DNA of 64,000 nucleotides from an uncultured bacterium (GTDB taxonomy: Bacteria > Zixibacteria > MSB-5A5 > CAIYYT01), in NCBI GenBank assembly GCA_963726455.1, contig CAVSCK010000004.1, positions 1,120,001 to 1,184,000 on the forward strand, written 5' to 3'. The position numbers were made by a program, and so were the translations under genes. The notes under the pieces are model-generated. The model searched no databases. It was not told where the DNA came from and worked only from the letters and a program-made list of their open reading frames with translations. Of the stretch, positions 1 to 10,504 are shown one piece after another; the stretch's first letter is position 1, and each line of letters opens with the position of its first letter.

Positions 1-901
1 CCCACGTAGCGCCCCTATCTTTCGAAACAAAAGCGCCTCCACCCCCGGCTCCGATTATCACGAGCGAATCGCTTGCCATCACCGACCGCGCTCTCCGGTC
101 TGTCAGGCCTGCGTCTATCCTTATCCAGCTTGCGCCGTAGTCCTCGGAACGGAAGACACCATCCGACAACGCTGCAAAGACATCATTTCCACCGGTCGCT
201 AGTCCCTGAACAATCGGAAGACCGCCAAAACCGTTATTTGCAGGTAGCCAGGTGCTACCGCTGTCGGTTGATACAAAGATACCCGATGCGGTTCCCAGAA
301 TGATCCTATTCCCGACAGGCAAAATGGCACGAACCGAGCTCGAATTGCCGGCAGGGAGCCAGCTAGTGCCCAAGTCGGTTGATCGGAAGACACCGCCGTT
401 TGTCCCAGCGTAGAGATATGGGCCGAGAGCCGCCAATGCCTGTACGATTACTCCCAAGTACCCACCGGCCGTCCAGTTTGTCCCGTGATTGGTTGAAACG
501 TAGACTCTCGATTGAGCGCCCGCCACAAAGGCATCGCCAATTACCGTGAACGAAAATACTTGATATCCCGGCAGCCCCGCACTGGCCCAGGTGGAGCCGT
601 TATCCAGCGACACGAATGTTCCGGATGATGTCCCGGCAAATAGACGGGTTCCTTCATTGCCAATTGCCGAAACGTCGGTACCGGGCGATATGCCCGCTAC
701 CCGTGCCCAACTTGTGCCTCCGTCGGTTGAAAGGAATGCTCCTCCGTCCATTGTTCCAGCAACTAGATTGCCACTGCTTAAGGCAAGCGCGTTAACACTC
801 CCCCCTTCCAATTTGACCCGCACCCATTGCGCTTGCAGCGTGCTCGCAATCGCTACCAGAATTGCCAGAGTCATGAGCAACGAAACGACTATTCTTTTCA
901 T
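1..901 (-). CDS. Secreted BNR/Asp-box repeat beta-propeller protein (partial, runs off the window start)
   Basis: Not in the ORF track. Manual translation from the ATG at 901 (GGAGAGG upstream) gives signal peptide MKRIVVSLLMTLAILVAIASTLQA, then repeated SxDxGxxW boxes (STDGGTSW, SLDNGSTW, STDLGTSW, STDSGSTW, SEDYGASW, SKDRGATW). Confidence 0.85.
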   Translation of the reverse strand, partial: MKRIVVSLLMTLAILVAIASTLQAQWVRVKLEGGSVNALALSSGNLVAGTMDGGAFLSTDGGTSWARVAGISPGTDVSAIGNEGTRLFAGTSSGTFVSLDNGSTWASAGLPGYQVFSFTVIGDAFVAGAQSRVYVSTNHGTNWTAGGYLGVIVQALAALGPYLYAGTNGGVFRSTDLGTSWLPAGNSSSVRAILPVGNRIILGTASGIFVSTDSGSTWLPANNGFGGLPIVQGLATGGNDVFAALSDGVFRSEDYGASWIRIDAGLTDRRARSVMASDSLVIIGAGGGGAFVSKDRGATW

Positions 902-1253
902 CCTATCCTCTCCCTTATTATTCCGATTGACGATTCTGATCTCTCTAATCGAAGCTAGCAATCTCTGCAACCTGCTCCTTTCCAATAGCTATCAACCCGG
1001 CCAAAGACCGAGTATCACAGTAATCGAATCGCTAATTTCGCGTTAACGACTTAGCACGTGAGCAAAGGACAGTCTTGAGACTCCGTCGTTCCAAGAAACG
1101 TAAATGAAGTTCGTACTTTGAGATTATAGGATAATAAACTTTCCACTCGATGTCAAGGTCAAATCGCGCTTAAGTTGGAATTCACCACGCGGGCCGACAA
1201 TTCAAAAAAAACCTTGCGCCCCGCCAGAATACACGTAATACTTGCAGCACATA

Positions 1254-1336
1254 TGCCGTTGGGAGTGGCGACGGAAGTCGCCTGAGAACATACCCCCATC
1301 ACCTGATCCGGATAATGCTGGCGTAGGAAAACGGCA
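1254..1336 (+). promoter_or_regulatory. TPP (THI-box) riboswitch
   Basis: P1 TGCCGTT/AACGGCA encloses conserved TPP motifs CTGAGA, ATACCC, ACCTGATC-GGATAATGC-GCGTAGGAA; lies upstream of a TonB receptor. Confidence 0.93.
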
Positions 1337-1361
1337 AGACAGTTGCTTCATGAGTTCATGA

Positions 1362-1395
1362 GCCGCCTGCATTCAAGATTGGGCGGCATTTTTGT
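1362..1395 (+). terminator. Probable riboswitch expression-platform terminator
   Basis: GCCGCC-N14-GGCGGC followed by ATTTTTGTT, between the aptamer and the start codon. Confidence 0.6.
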
Positions 1396-1421
1396 TGCCG
1401 ATTTGAGGCAGGAAGGACTCT

Positions 1422-3938
1422 ATGAAACAACTATTCATCTATATCATCGCCCTGATGTCTATGCAGGCATCCTCTCTATGGGCGACACCAAACATTTCGG
1501 GCCTGATCAAAGACACTAACGGAAGACCCATCGCCGGTGTCAATATCACGATCGACGGTGCCTCATCGGGCGTGACAAGTGATTCTGCTGGAACCTTCTC
1601 GCTCGATCTCAATCTGGCAACCGCTCACTTTGTTACATTCACGCACGTCGCTTACCAGCCGGTGATGGTTAAAGTATCAACGGGAGCTCCGCTGTTCATT
1701 GCCATGTCACCGGCTGTCTATCCGATTCAGGGCATTACCGTCACTGCCGACCGCGCCGCGCTTGGCAAGACGCCGGTGGCTTTTACCGACTTCACATCTT
1801 CCGACATCGGGCGCGATTACCAGATCGGCGAATTTCCACTGCTGCTCGAAATGACACCCAACGTCTACGCTTATTCCGACGCCGGCGGAGGATTGGGATA
1901 CAGCTATCTCAAGATTCGCGGTTTCGATGACAAGCGCGTCTCAGTCTACATCAATGGCGTCCCACTCAATGATCCCGAGGACCAGGCGACCTACTTTGTG
2001 GATATTCCCGACTTCGCTTCTGACGTCAAAGACATTCAAATTCAACGCGGCATCGGCAAGTCGCTCTATGGCGATGCTTCATTTGGCGGTGCTGTCAACA
2101 TAGTCTCCGGCGGTCTGGATCAATCGCGCCGCATCGCGCTTACCAGCGACTACGGCGGCTTCCGGCACGACGGCGCGTTTGTCGGCACGATTCAGAAGCA
2201 GTCTTTCGACTATCGTTCGGGGTTGATCGACGGCAAATGGAATCTGTCGGCACGCTATTCGCGCCAGTTGTCAGACGGCTATCGCGAAAAATCATGGTAC
2301 GATGGCTGGGCGTATTATCTGTCAATGTCGCGCCTTGACCCGAAGGTCATCACGACCATCAATCTATATGGTGGACCGATGCGGATGCACCTGGCATATT
2401 ACGGCATATCTCGCGACGTTGAGAATCAGGATCGCCGTTACAACCCGCTGACCTACGACAACGAGACCGACAATTTCAACCAACCACATTACGAACTGCA
2501 CAACGACGTTAAGCTGTCCGACAAGGCGACGTTACACAGCACCCTTTATCACATTCACGGCAACGGCTATTACGAGCAGTACGAAAATCATCTTCCGTTT
2601 TCGCAGTACAACATTCCGCCGGAATACGTCACTAATCCGGCGGGCGACACCATCGACGTGATCACCCATGGTGATATGGTGCAGCAACAGTGGGTCAACA
2701 AGAATCAATACGGCTGGAGCCCGAGTCTCGAAGTCAATCGCGGCAAGGGCACGACACAATTGGGAGGGTCGGCCTATTACTTCCAGTCAGATCATTGGGG
2801 ACAAATTGTCTGGGCACAGGGACTAACCCAGTCCATCGATCCGCGCCACCGCTATTACGAGTACTTCGGCAAGAAGTACTTCGCCTCCGTGTACGCGGCG
2901 CAGGATTACCGTATCAGCGACCGCCTCAATCTCATGGCAAACTTGCAGTTTCGCCACCAGACCTATGATTTCAGCCAGACAAAGATGGGCGCGTTTCCCG
3001 GCTACAGCTACAGCGTCAATTGGGATTTCCTTTCGCCGCGTATCGGTCTGACATATACGATCAACGACAAGTTAAGCGCGCTATTCAACTATTCGCTGTC
3101 ACAACGCGCGCCCGCCGATTACGAAATCTACGATGCCGGCAATCCGGAGGCGGTACCATCTTTACTGATAAGATCAATCACGCATATCTCGCCAACTGAT
3201 TCAACGATTGTTTTCGGCGATCCGACTGCGAAGGCCGAGAAGGTTCACGATTTCGAATTGGGAATGAATTATCACGATCACCGGCAGGCGTTCGGCCTGA
3301 ACCTGTACTGGATGGAATTCCGCAATGAGATTATTCAGAACGGTGGTATCAATCCCAATCTCGGTTTGCCGATTACGACCAATGCCGACCGCTCGGTGCA
3401 TGCAGGTATCGAGCTTTCGTCGTCCGTTGAAATCCCAGGTAATCTGCGCCTTTCCGGCAACTTTTCGTATTCATACAATCGCATCAGAAGCTTCTCAATT
3501 GAAGAACCGGTCTACGACAACGCGCAAGACGGCAATTTCATCGGCTATCAGAGATTCAGTTACGACAACAAAACGATTTCCGGATTTCCGAATTACATCG
3601 GCAACCTGATCGCCGAGTATACCGGCGAGCGCTTCCACTTGACGTTGCGGGAAAGACTTGTCGGCAGAATGTTCGTCGAGAATATCAATCGACCCGATTT
3701 GTCGATCAGCCCATTCTTTGTTTCCTCGGCGTCGGCTTCGGTGTCACTAGCAAAATTCCTGAATGTCGGCAACGTGCTGTTCGGCGTTCGTGTCGACAAT
3801 CTTTTCAACAAGAAATATGAGGCCTCCGGCTACGGCGGTGTGACGCGCTATCGCAACGAACCTGACCAATACTGGGCTGAGTATTTTCCGGCCGCAGAGA
3901 GGACTTTCTACGCGACACTGAAACTCGAGTTGCAGTAG
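1422..3938 (+). CDS. TonB-dependent receptor, probably thiamine uptake
   Basis: Signal peptide, CarboxypepD_reg-like N-domain, plug motif (IRGFD..RVSVYINGVPLND..SLYG..GGAVNI), C-terminal barrel strands (VDNLFNKKY...RTFYATLKLELQ); under a TPP riboswitch. Confidence 0.9.
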   Translation: MKQLFIYIIALMSMQASSLWATPNISGLIKDTNGRPIAGVNITIDGASSGVTSDSAGTFSLDLNLATAHFVTFTHVAYQPVMVKVSTGAPLFIAMSPAVYPIQGITVTADRAALGKTPVAFTDFTSSDIGRDYQIGEFPLLLEMTPNVYAYSDAGGGLGYSYLKIRGFDDKRVSVYINGVPLNDPEDQATYFVDIPDFASDVKDIQIQRGIGKSLYGDASFGGAVNIVSGGLDQSRRIALTSDYGGFRHDGAFVGTIQKQSFDYRSGLIDGKWNLSARYSRQLSDGYREKSWYDGWAYYLSMSRLDPKVITTINLYGGPMRMHLAYYGISRDVENQDRRYNPLTYDNETDNFNQPHYELHNDVKLSDKATLHSTLYHIHGNGYYEQYENHLPFSQYNIPPEYVTNPAGDTIDVITHGDMVQQQWVNKNQYGWSPSLEVNRGKGTTQLGGSAYYFQSDHWGQIVWAQGLTQSIDPRHRYYEYFGKKYFASVYAAQDYRISDRLNLMANLQFRHQTYDFSQTKMGAFPGYSYSVNWDFLSPRIGLTYTINDKLSALFNYSLSQRAPADYEIYDAGNPEAVPSLLIRSITHISPTDSTIVFGDPTAKAEKVHDFELGMNYHDHRQAFGLNLYWMEFRNEIIQNGGINPNLGLPITTNADRSVHAGIELSSSVEIPGNLRLSGNFSYSYNRIRSFSIEEPVYDNAQDGNFIGYQRFSYDNKTISGFPNYIGNLIAEYTGERFHLTLRERLVGRMFVENINRPDLSISPFFVSSASASVSLAKFLNVGNVLFGVRVDNLFNKKYEASGYGGVTRYRNEPDQYWAEYFPAAERTFYATLKLELQ

Positions 3939-3941
3939 ATC

Positions 3942-5330
3942 ATGTCGGCAATCGATTTCGGCATCATCGGCGCGTACCTCATCGGCTTGGTCATCTTCGG
4001 GCGCAGCCGCAAGAATCTCAGCGCCGGGTCGACAGCCGACTACATAATTGACGGACGCCGCGTCACCCTTCCCGCCTTTGTCGCCACGCTCGTGGCCAGC
4101 TTTTACGGTGGCATACTCGGTATCGGCGAATACACTTTCCGTTACGGCGTTTCCAACTGGCTGGTGCAGGGTGTGCCCTACTACGTCGCCGCATTTCTCT
4201 TCGCAATTCTGCTGGCATCCAAAGCACGTCGCTCCAAATTCATCACTATTCCCGACCGGCTCCACAAGTTCTATGGCAGGCATGTTTCCGGCGTCGGCGC
4301 TGTGGTGTTATTCTTCTGGGCGCTGCCTTCCGCGTACATCCTGATTCTCGGCGTACTTGCCGAGTCGCTGTTTGGCTGTCCTAAAATTGTCGGCATCGTG
4401 GCGAGTACCGTGATCGTTCTGATCTATGCCTACTACGGCGGTTTTCGCTCGATGGTGCGTTCCGACATCTGGCATTTTGTCATGATGTATATCGGCTTCA
4501 TCATCACGCTCACTGCTCTGGTGTTGAAATATGGCGGATTCGAGTTTATCAGGACCCACGTCCCGGCAACGCACCTTACCTGGAACGGCGGCGCGTCCAC
4601 GTGGTACATTATTGTCTGGTATATCATCGCGCTGGCAACTTTGGTTGACACCACCTTTTTCCAAAACACTTATGCTGCCAAGAGTGAATCAGTTGCGCGG
4701 CGCGGCGTTTTGTTATCCATACCTCTCTGGTGCTTCTTCGATTTCCTGACCACGTCTTGCGGCCTCTATGCTCGCGCGCTGTTGCCCGCAAACATCGATC
4801 CGGTGTCGTCATTCCCGTTGTTGGGCGCCACAGTCTTGCCTGTCGGCCTCTATGGCATCTTCGCCGTGGGCATGATCGCCACAGTGCTTTCCAGCGCCGA
4901 CTCGTATTTGTTCATCGCGGCTTCAACTATTGGCAAGGACGTTCTCTGCGGCTGGTTGCGTCGCCCTGAAGAGAAGGCGAATTTCTACACTAAGATGGCG
5001 CTAATTTTTGGCTCCATCCTGACAATCATCATCGCCATGTATTTCCAATCCGTAATCACAATATGGTACAGCTTCGGCTCGATTGGCACGCCGATCCTCC
5101 TGATACCGATGCTCGCAACATTTCTTGGCTCACGGCGAATGCGGCCGACAACGGTAATGGTTTCCATGCTGGTCTCCGGAATCTTATCTGCAGTCTGGCT
5201 GTGGTCAAGCACTCTGTCGGCCGACGGAAGCTATTGGCTGGGAATCGAACCGATCTTCCCGGGGCTGGCAGTCTCGTTGCTCAGCTACTTCGTAGTCCCG
5301 GCGGCCGGGCCGGAACATACAACAACTTGA
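3942..5330 (+). CDS. Sodium:solute symporter (SSS) family transporter
   Basis: Highly hydrophobic multi-TM protein; DYIIDGR, YAYYGGFRSMVRSD, ATVLSSADSYL motifs; starts 3 nt after the receptor stop. Confidence 0.88.
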   Translation: MSAIDFGIIGAYLIGLVIFGRSRKNLSAGSTADYIIDGRRVTLPAFVATLVASFYGGILGIGEYTFRYGVSNWLVQGVPYYVAAFLFAILLASKARRSKFITIPDRLHKFYGRHVSGVGAVVLFFWALPSAYILILGVLAESLFGCPKIVGIVASTVIVLIYAYYGGFRSMVRSDIWHFVMMYIGFIITLTALVLKYGGFEFIRTHVPATHLTWNGGASTWYIIVWYIIALATLVDTTFFQNTYAAKSESVARRGVLLSIPLWCFFDFLTTSCGLYARALLPANIDPVSSFPLLGATVLPVGLYGIFAVGMIATVLSSADSYLFIAASTIGKDVLCGWLRRPEEKANFYTKMALIFGSILTIIIAMYFQSVITIWYSFGSIGTPILLIPMLATFLGSRRMRPTTVMVSMLVSGILSAVWLWSSTLSADGSYWLGIEPIFPGLAVSLLSYFVVPAAGPEHTTT

Positions 5331-5386
5331 CAACCTGCATTGCATCGTAGATACTCAAGCAAACTGAGCAGCGAGGTGAAGCCGGC

Positions 5387-7378
5387 CTGAAACCAAGATT
5401 CCGTTACATATCAAACGTTGCCACCTACTATTTAGGTGTCGCCCTGACTCTGACTTTGTTTTTCGAGTTATGGCGACTGCTGACATTGCTGCAATTGCGC
5501 GAGCGCGCCGCCAATGTACCGGCAGACGTTATCGCGCAGAGTTTTCTGGTCGGACTGCGGTTTGACTTTTCGATCGCCTGCTACATCACCGCACCGCTTC
5601 TACTTCTCGGAATCCTGCCGGGCATCGACGTCAGTCGTGTTCGAATCGTCAGATGGTTCAACAACCTCCTGTTGTTCGTCATAGCAATTGTAGCGTTCTA
5701 TATCTGCGAATCCGACATCGAATTCTTCAAGTTCTTCAACACGCGGCTCAACAGCATGGCACTCGAATGGAACGACACACCCGGTTTCGTAGTGACAATG
5801 CTTTGGGAGAGCTTCCCCGTCGTGCGCTACCTGCTGTTGCTGACAGTCATCGGCATCGTCTTCATTTGGCTGATCTTGCGAATGCAGCGAACACTGTTGG
5901 TCAAGCGTAAACCATCGCGCTCGTGGCTAAACCTTGCTTATCTGCCGGTCATTGCCGCAATCCTGGTGATGGGTGCTCGCGGACGACTGGAAGAAAAAGC
6001 GCCTCTCACCTGGGGCGAGGCCTATTTCTCCGAACACGGCTTCGCGAATTTACTGGCACTCAATCCTGTGTTCACGTTCGCCCGTGATGCTTTCTACGAT
6101 GCCCGCAGCAAGGAACAGGTCGCCAAAACCATGCAAAGCATTGTCCGACCCGAAGCTGCCAGAGTAACCAGGCAGATGCTTGGCGCTCCCCCTGACGACA
6201 GTCTGTTGGACCGTCGACTTGCTCGACAAGTGACCTTCGACAATGAGAATGTCGATCCGCCGAATGTTATCGTCATAATCATGGAATCATTCGGCGCACG
6301 TGGCATCGGCTGCCTCAAGCCATCATTCAAATATGATCTCTCACCCCGCTTCGATTCGCTTGCCCGTGAGGGATTGTTGTTCACCAACATCTATTCCGCC
6401 GGAATCCATACTTACGCCGGGCTGATGGCGACTCTTTACGGTTATCCCGAGTTGCCCGGTTTCTCTATTATGAAGCTGTTCACAAGCGACAATAGTTTCT
6501 GGGGATTGCCGTCGATCCTTCGGGAACATGATTACCAAACGTTATTCTTCTGTACCCACGATCCGCAATTCGACAATATGCAGGGATTCCTGATGTCCAA
6601 CGGTATGACGCGGGTCTACTCGCTCTTCGATTATCCTCGCGACGAGAAATTGAGCACGCTGGGGGTACCCGATCATGACATGTTCGATCACGGCATCGAA
6701 CTCATCAAGAGGAACCATGCCGGCAAGCGTTTTTTCGCCACGTTCCTAACCGCCTCCAATCACGGCCCCTGGCTGATACCTGACGTGCCGTTTGAGCACA
6801 TTCCCTCATCCGACAAGTTGTCGCAGCCATTGAACGCTTTCAAGTATTCCGATTGGGCGCTGGGGCATTTCATTCGCGCCATTCAATCTGATCCGTTCTT
6901 CGCGCATACGGTAATCGTCATCACCGGCGACAACGGCACCCTGGTTGATCCAATCTACGATCTCGACCTGTCACAGTATGAGATTCCCATCCTCATTCTT
7001 GACACCGATCATAACCTCCCGGCACGGCAACGAGTCAATCGCCTCGGTTCGCAGGTGGACATTTTATCAACATTGATGGGACTGCTGCGCCTCAACTATG
7101 ACAATCAGTCATTCGGCGTCGACCTGCTCGATACAACCGGTGCGCAATCAGGTCAACCCGATTTCGCTCTGCTGTCGGAGGGATACAATGTCGGCTATCT
7201 TGAAGATGGATACTACTTGATTTCGCGCGTTGGCAGCACCAAGTCTTTATACAATCTCTCAAATCCAACGGCGAACGTCGCCGATTCATTGCCCGTCATA
7301 GCAGACAAGTTTAACGACAGAGCGCTGTCAGTTTTTCAGACTGCGTACTTCAATCTGAAGAAGCCAATGTCGAGATAG
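5387..7378 (+). CDS. LTA synthase / phosphoglycerol transferase (sulfatase-like) family membrane protein; probable CTG start
   Basis: GLRFD, PNVIVIIMESF, TASNHGPW, VITGDNG, SQVDILSTL motifs. The frame is open back to a CTG at 5387 with GAGGTG 8 nt upstream (the track starts at TTG 5456). Confidence 0.85.
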   Translation: MKPRFRYISNVATYYLGVALTLTLFFELWRLLTLLQLRERAANVPADVIAQSFLVGLRFDFSIACYITAPLLLLGILPGIDVSRVRIVRWFNNLLLFVIAIVAFYICESDIEFFKFFNTRLNSMALEWNDTPGFVVTMLWESFPVVRYLLLLTVIGIVFIWLILRMQRTLLVKRKPSRSWLNLAYLPVIAAILVMGARGRLEEKAPLTWGEAYFSEHGFANLLALNPVFTFARDAFYDARSKEQVAKTMQSIVRPEAARVTRQMLGAPPDDSLLDRRLARQVTFDNENVDPPNVIVIIMESFGARGIGCLKPSFKYDLSPRFDSLAREGLLFTNIYSAGIHTYAGLMATLYGYPELPGFSIMKLFTSDNSFWGLPSILREHDYQTLFFCTHDPQFDNMQGFLMSNGMTRVYSLFDYPRDEKLSTLGVPDHDMFDHGIELIKRNHAGKRFFATFLTASNHGPWLIPDVPFEHIPSSDKLSQPLNAFKYSDWALGHFIRAIQSDPFFAHTVIVITGDNGTLVDPIYDLDLSQYEIPILILDTDHNLPARQRVNRLGSQVDILSTLMGLLRLNYDNQSFGVDLLDTTGAQSGQPDFALLSEGYNVGYLEDGYYLISRVGSTKSLYNLSNPTANVADSLPVIADKFNDRALSVFQTAYFNLKKPMSR

Positions 7379-7404
7379 CGAGTCCGCGCGTAGCGCAGAA
7401 CACT

Positions 7405-9102
7405 CTACTCCTTGAGCTTATCTTTTAGCTTTTGATTCTTGGGGTCGATCTTGAGTGCGTCCTGCCACGCTGTTCGCGCCTCAGACGTGTTGCCAAGTGC
7501 CATTTGGATATCGCCCAGATGTTCCAGCACAGTTGGATCATCCTTGATGACACCTAGTGACTTGTTGATCTGAACCAGTGCTTCCGGATAACGCTGCAAT
7601 CGGTACAGCACCCAGGCATAACTATCCAGGTAGGCGCCGTTGGCGGTGTCCACAGCCAATGCCTTCTGAATCATGCGCAACGCTTCATCCAAACGAACAT
7701 TCTTGTCGGCGAACATGTAGCCGAGATAATTCAGCGCCTGTGAATTTGTGCTGTCAACCGACAGCAATAGCTCGAAGGTTTCCACGGCTTTGTCAAAATT
7801 GCCGGCGCGTTCGTACTGTGCCCCGATCTGGAACAGCGCCCGCACCGTGTCGCCACCGTCAGCAATCACCTGCTTCAGTAGCGCAATCGACGAGTCCGGC
7901 ATCTGCTTCTCTGCCACCAACTGCGCCAGATAAAACTGCACGTTGTCGCGACCGGCGGTCACATAATGCAAGGATTGTTCCAGCAGCGCTATCGACGAAT
8001 CGGTCTGTTTCTTCTGCTCATAAATGTAAGCCAAATTCACCCAGCCGTCAGGCGTGGTCGAGTCCGCGTCCACCAAATCCGTAAAATACGTCCTGGCCGT
8101 ATCATATTGCTTGGCGTCAAGTGCCATGCGGCCGAGATAGAACAATGCAAATCGGCTCTTGTCATCGATCGTCAGCGCCTTTCGAAACGACGCAGTGGCG
8201 AGGGTATCCAGCTTGTCTTTGAGAAACACCTGTCCCATCCGCTCATAGATGACCTTGTCAGTGCTCGGTAGCTCGACAAATTTCTGGCCGAAGACGCGCA
8301 CGGAATCGAGGTAGTTCTCGGCATTGTACGTCTCGATCAACTGCGCCTGGATTCGCGCATTCTCCGGATACGCCCGCATGCCCCGATACAGCGTGTTGAT
8401 CGACTGTTCCTTTTTGCCTCCGGCATGGTAGTACACGGCCAACCTTGAATAAAGCAACGGATCGGTCGCATTTATCGTAACCGCGCGTTCCAATAACACC
8501 GTCGCTGAATCAAACATGCCCATTCCAGCGTACATCTCAGCGATCTGCTGATACAATTCAGCGTTGCCGGAGTATTGCGCCGCTACTTGAAAATACTTCG
8601 CGGCTTCATCAAGCTTCCGTTGCTTGGCCGCCAGCACTCCCAGATTATAGTTGAGATCAACATTCGTCGGGTCATCCGCCAGCGCGCGCTTATAGACCGC
8701 CATGGCTTCGTCGTTGCGATTCAGTTGCTGATAGCAGTCGCCCATCATCTTGTAAGTATCGTCGGTCTTCTGAGGAATCGGCAGCACCGCATCAAGCGCC
8801 TGATTTGGATGATTCATTCTGACGTACAAGGAGCCGAGCGCCATGCGAATATCGTATGACAGCGGCTCGTATGATAGCGCCACTTCGTACTCTTTAATTG
8901 CCTCCTCCAATACACCTTCCTGCTCGTAAATGACTCCATTGGTGTAATGATTGTAGGCGTCCGGATTCATCTCTTTCTGAACGTCGGCAGCAGTCTTGGT
9001 TTGCAACGGTTTCGCCGCCGGTTTGCTCGCAGCACAACCGGAAACGAACAGCGCAGCCAACAGAACCCCGATTGCGATTAGTTTCCAGGCAGTCCGCATC
9101 AA
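7405..9102 (-). CDS. Tetratricopeptide-repeat lipoprotein
   Basis: Lipobox VSGC, many TPRs, C-terminal ALNYLGY...AYLDSYAWVLY...EHLGD motif. Confidence 0.85.
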   Translation of the reverse strand: MMRTAWKLIAIGVLLAALFVSGCAASKPAAKPLQTKTAADVQKEMNPDAYNHYTNGVIYEQEGVLEEAIKEYEVALSYEPLSYDIRMALGSLYVRMNHPNQALDAVLPIPQKTDDTYKMMGDCYQQLNRNDEAMAVYKRALADDPTNVDLNYNLGVLAAKQRKLDEAAKYFQVAAQYSGNAELYQQIAEMYAGMGMFDSATVLLERAVTINATDPLLYSRLAVYYHAGGKKEQSINTLYRGMRAYPENARIQAQLIETYNAENYLDSVRVFGQKFVELPSTDKVIYERMGQVFLKDKLDTLATASFRKALTIDDKSRFALFYLGRMALDAKQYDTARTYFTDLVDADSTTPDGWVNLAYIYEQKKQTDSSIALLEQSLHYVTAGRDNVQFYLAQLVAEKQMPDSSIALLKQVIADGGDTVRALFQIGAQYERAGNFDKAVETFELLLSVDSTNSQALNYLGYMFADKNVRLDEALRMIQKALAVDTANGAYLDSYAWVLYRLQRYPEALVQINKSLGVIKDDPTVLEHLGDIQMALGNTSEARTAWQDALKIDPKNQKLKDKLKE

Positions 9103-10316
9103 GTTGTCTTCCCCTTGATTCGATAGAACCCGCGTTTCCCGACCTTCAACAAATACTCGCGCTCCACGGCGATTTCCAATTTGTCGTCTACCACGCGCTC
9201 GCCGTCCAGATAGATTCCGCCCTGTGTGATCAGGCGTCTCACTTCGCTGGTACTGGCGGCGATCCCGCTGGCGACCATAGCTCTTGGCAACCAGACTGAT
9301 TTCTCCGATGCCGGATATTCCTTCAACTCGATTTCGTCCGGGAGTCCCTTTTGCGTAAACACTTTCTCAAATTCGCTCTGTGCATCTGCGGCCGTCTGCG
9401 CGTCGTAGTACATAGTCACTATCGCCCGCCCCAGTTCCTTCTTGAACGACACCGGATTCTCGCCCGCCTTCATAGCCGCTTCCATCTTGGCTATCTTGTC
9501 GGCCTGGTAATTCGTAACCAACTGAAAATATGGCACAATCAGCCGATCCGGGATCGACATCACTTTGCCGAATATCTCGCGTGGCGGTTCTGAAATCCCG
9601 ATGTAATTGCCAATTGATTTGCTCATCCGCTGCAGGCCGTCAACACCTTCGAGTACCGGAAGTGTCAGCGCCACCTGCGGCTCGACACCGTACGCTTCCT
9701 GAATCTGTCGGCCGGTCAGCAAATTGAATTTCTGCTCCGTCGCCCCAAGCTCAACGTCGGCTTTAATCGCCACAGAATCATACGCCTGCATCAACGGATA
9801 GAGCAACTCATGTACTGATATCGGCGCTTCGGCTTTCCAGCGTTTCGTAAAATCCTCCCGCTCCATCATGCGCGCCAGTGTCATCTTGCCCGCCAGGCGC
9901 AGAATATCGGCAAAGGACATGTTGGCAAACCACTCGCCATTGCGCCGGACCTCGAATTTCAGCGGCGACAGTGCCTTGCTGAATTGCTCAAGGTAGGTCT
10001 TGGCGTTGGCTTCAACTTCCTGAATCGACAATTGCGGTCTGGTAACCGATCGTCCCGATGGATCGCCTACTTGTGCCGTGTAGTCACCCACTATGACGAT
10101 CACGCGATGCCCCAGCTCGGCGAATTGTCTGAGCTTACGCAAACCAACAGTGTGCCCCAGATGAATGTCCGGAGCCGTCGGATCGAACCCCTGTTTGACG
10201 ACGAGTGGAGTGTTCGTGGCCAGCGATTTCGCGAGTTTCTTCTCCAGCTCTCCGTTAGGCAGAATTTCCACCGTATTTTCGCGGATTATTTCCATCTGTT
10301 TGTCAACAGGAAGCAT
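9099..10316 (-). CDS. tyrS: Tyrosine--tRNA ligase
   Basis: GFDPTAPDIHLGH (HIGH), RMSKS (KMSKS), YPLMQAYD, C-terminal S4 domain; start moved to the ATG after a GGAGGA RBS. Confidence 0.97.
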   Translation of the reverse strand: MLPVDKQMEIIRENTVEILPNGELEKKLAKSLATNTPLVVKQGFDPTAPDIHLGHTVGLRKLRQFAELGHRVIVIVGDYTAQVGDPSGRSVTRPQLSIQEVEANAKTYLEQFSKALSPLKFEVRRNGEWFANMSFADILRLAGKMTLARMMEREDFTKRWKAEAPISVHELLYPLMQAYDSVAIKADVELGATEQKFNLLTGRQIQEAYGVEPQVALTLPVLEGVDGLQRMSKSIGNYIGISEPPREIFGKVMSIPDRLIVPYFQLVTNYQADKIAKMEAAMKAGENPVSFKKELGRAIVTMYYDAQTAADAQSEFEKVFTQKGLPDEIELKEYPASEKSVWLPRAMVASGIAASTSEVRRLITQGGIYLDGERVVDDKLEIAVEREYLLKVGKRGFYRIKGKTT

Positions 10317-10504
10317 CAATCCTCCAACGGGCGTTTTTCTATGCTCTCGTCCGGATTCCAAATCCGGATTAGACAATAATCCACAACTATACGGCAAAAT
10401 CCGTGGTGCGACAAGGATAATCTAGACCCCCGCAAATGGCTTTAACGAGCGTTCAATACTCGCTGGTGAACTGTATTTCTCACTTATCGACGAGCTTTCA
10501 CGTG

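Noticed and set aside
591-1046. Plus-strand 151-aa ORF and the many other long antisense ORFs (e.g. 24141..25046, 25039..25935, 27038..27943, 58207..59211)
   Set aside because: Shadow frames opposite well-supported genes, with no recognisable motifs.
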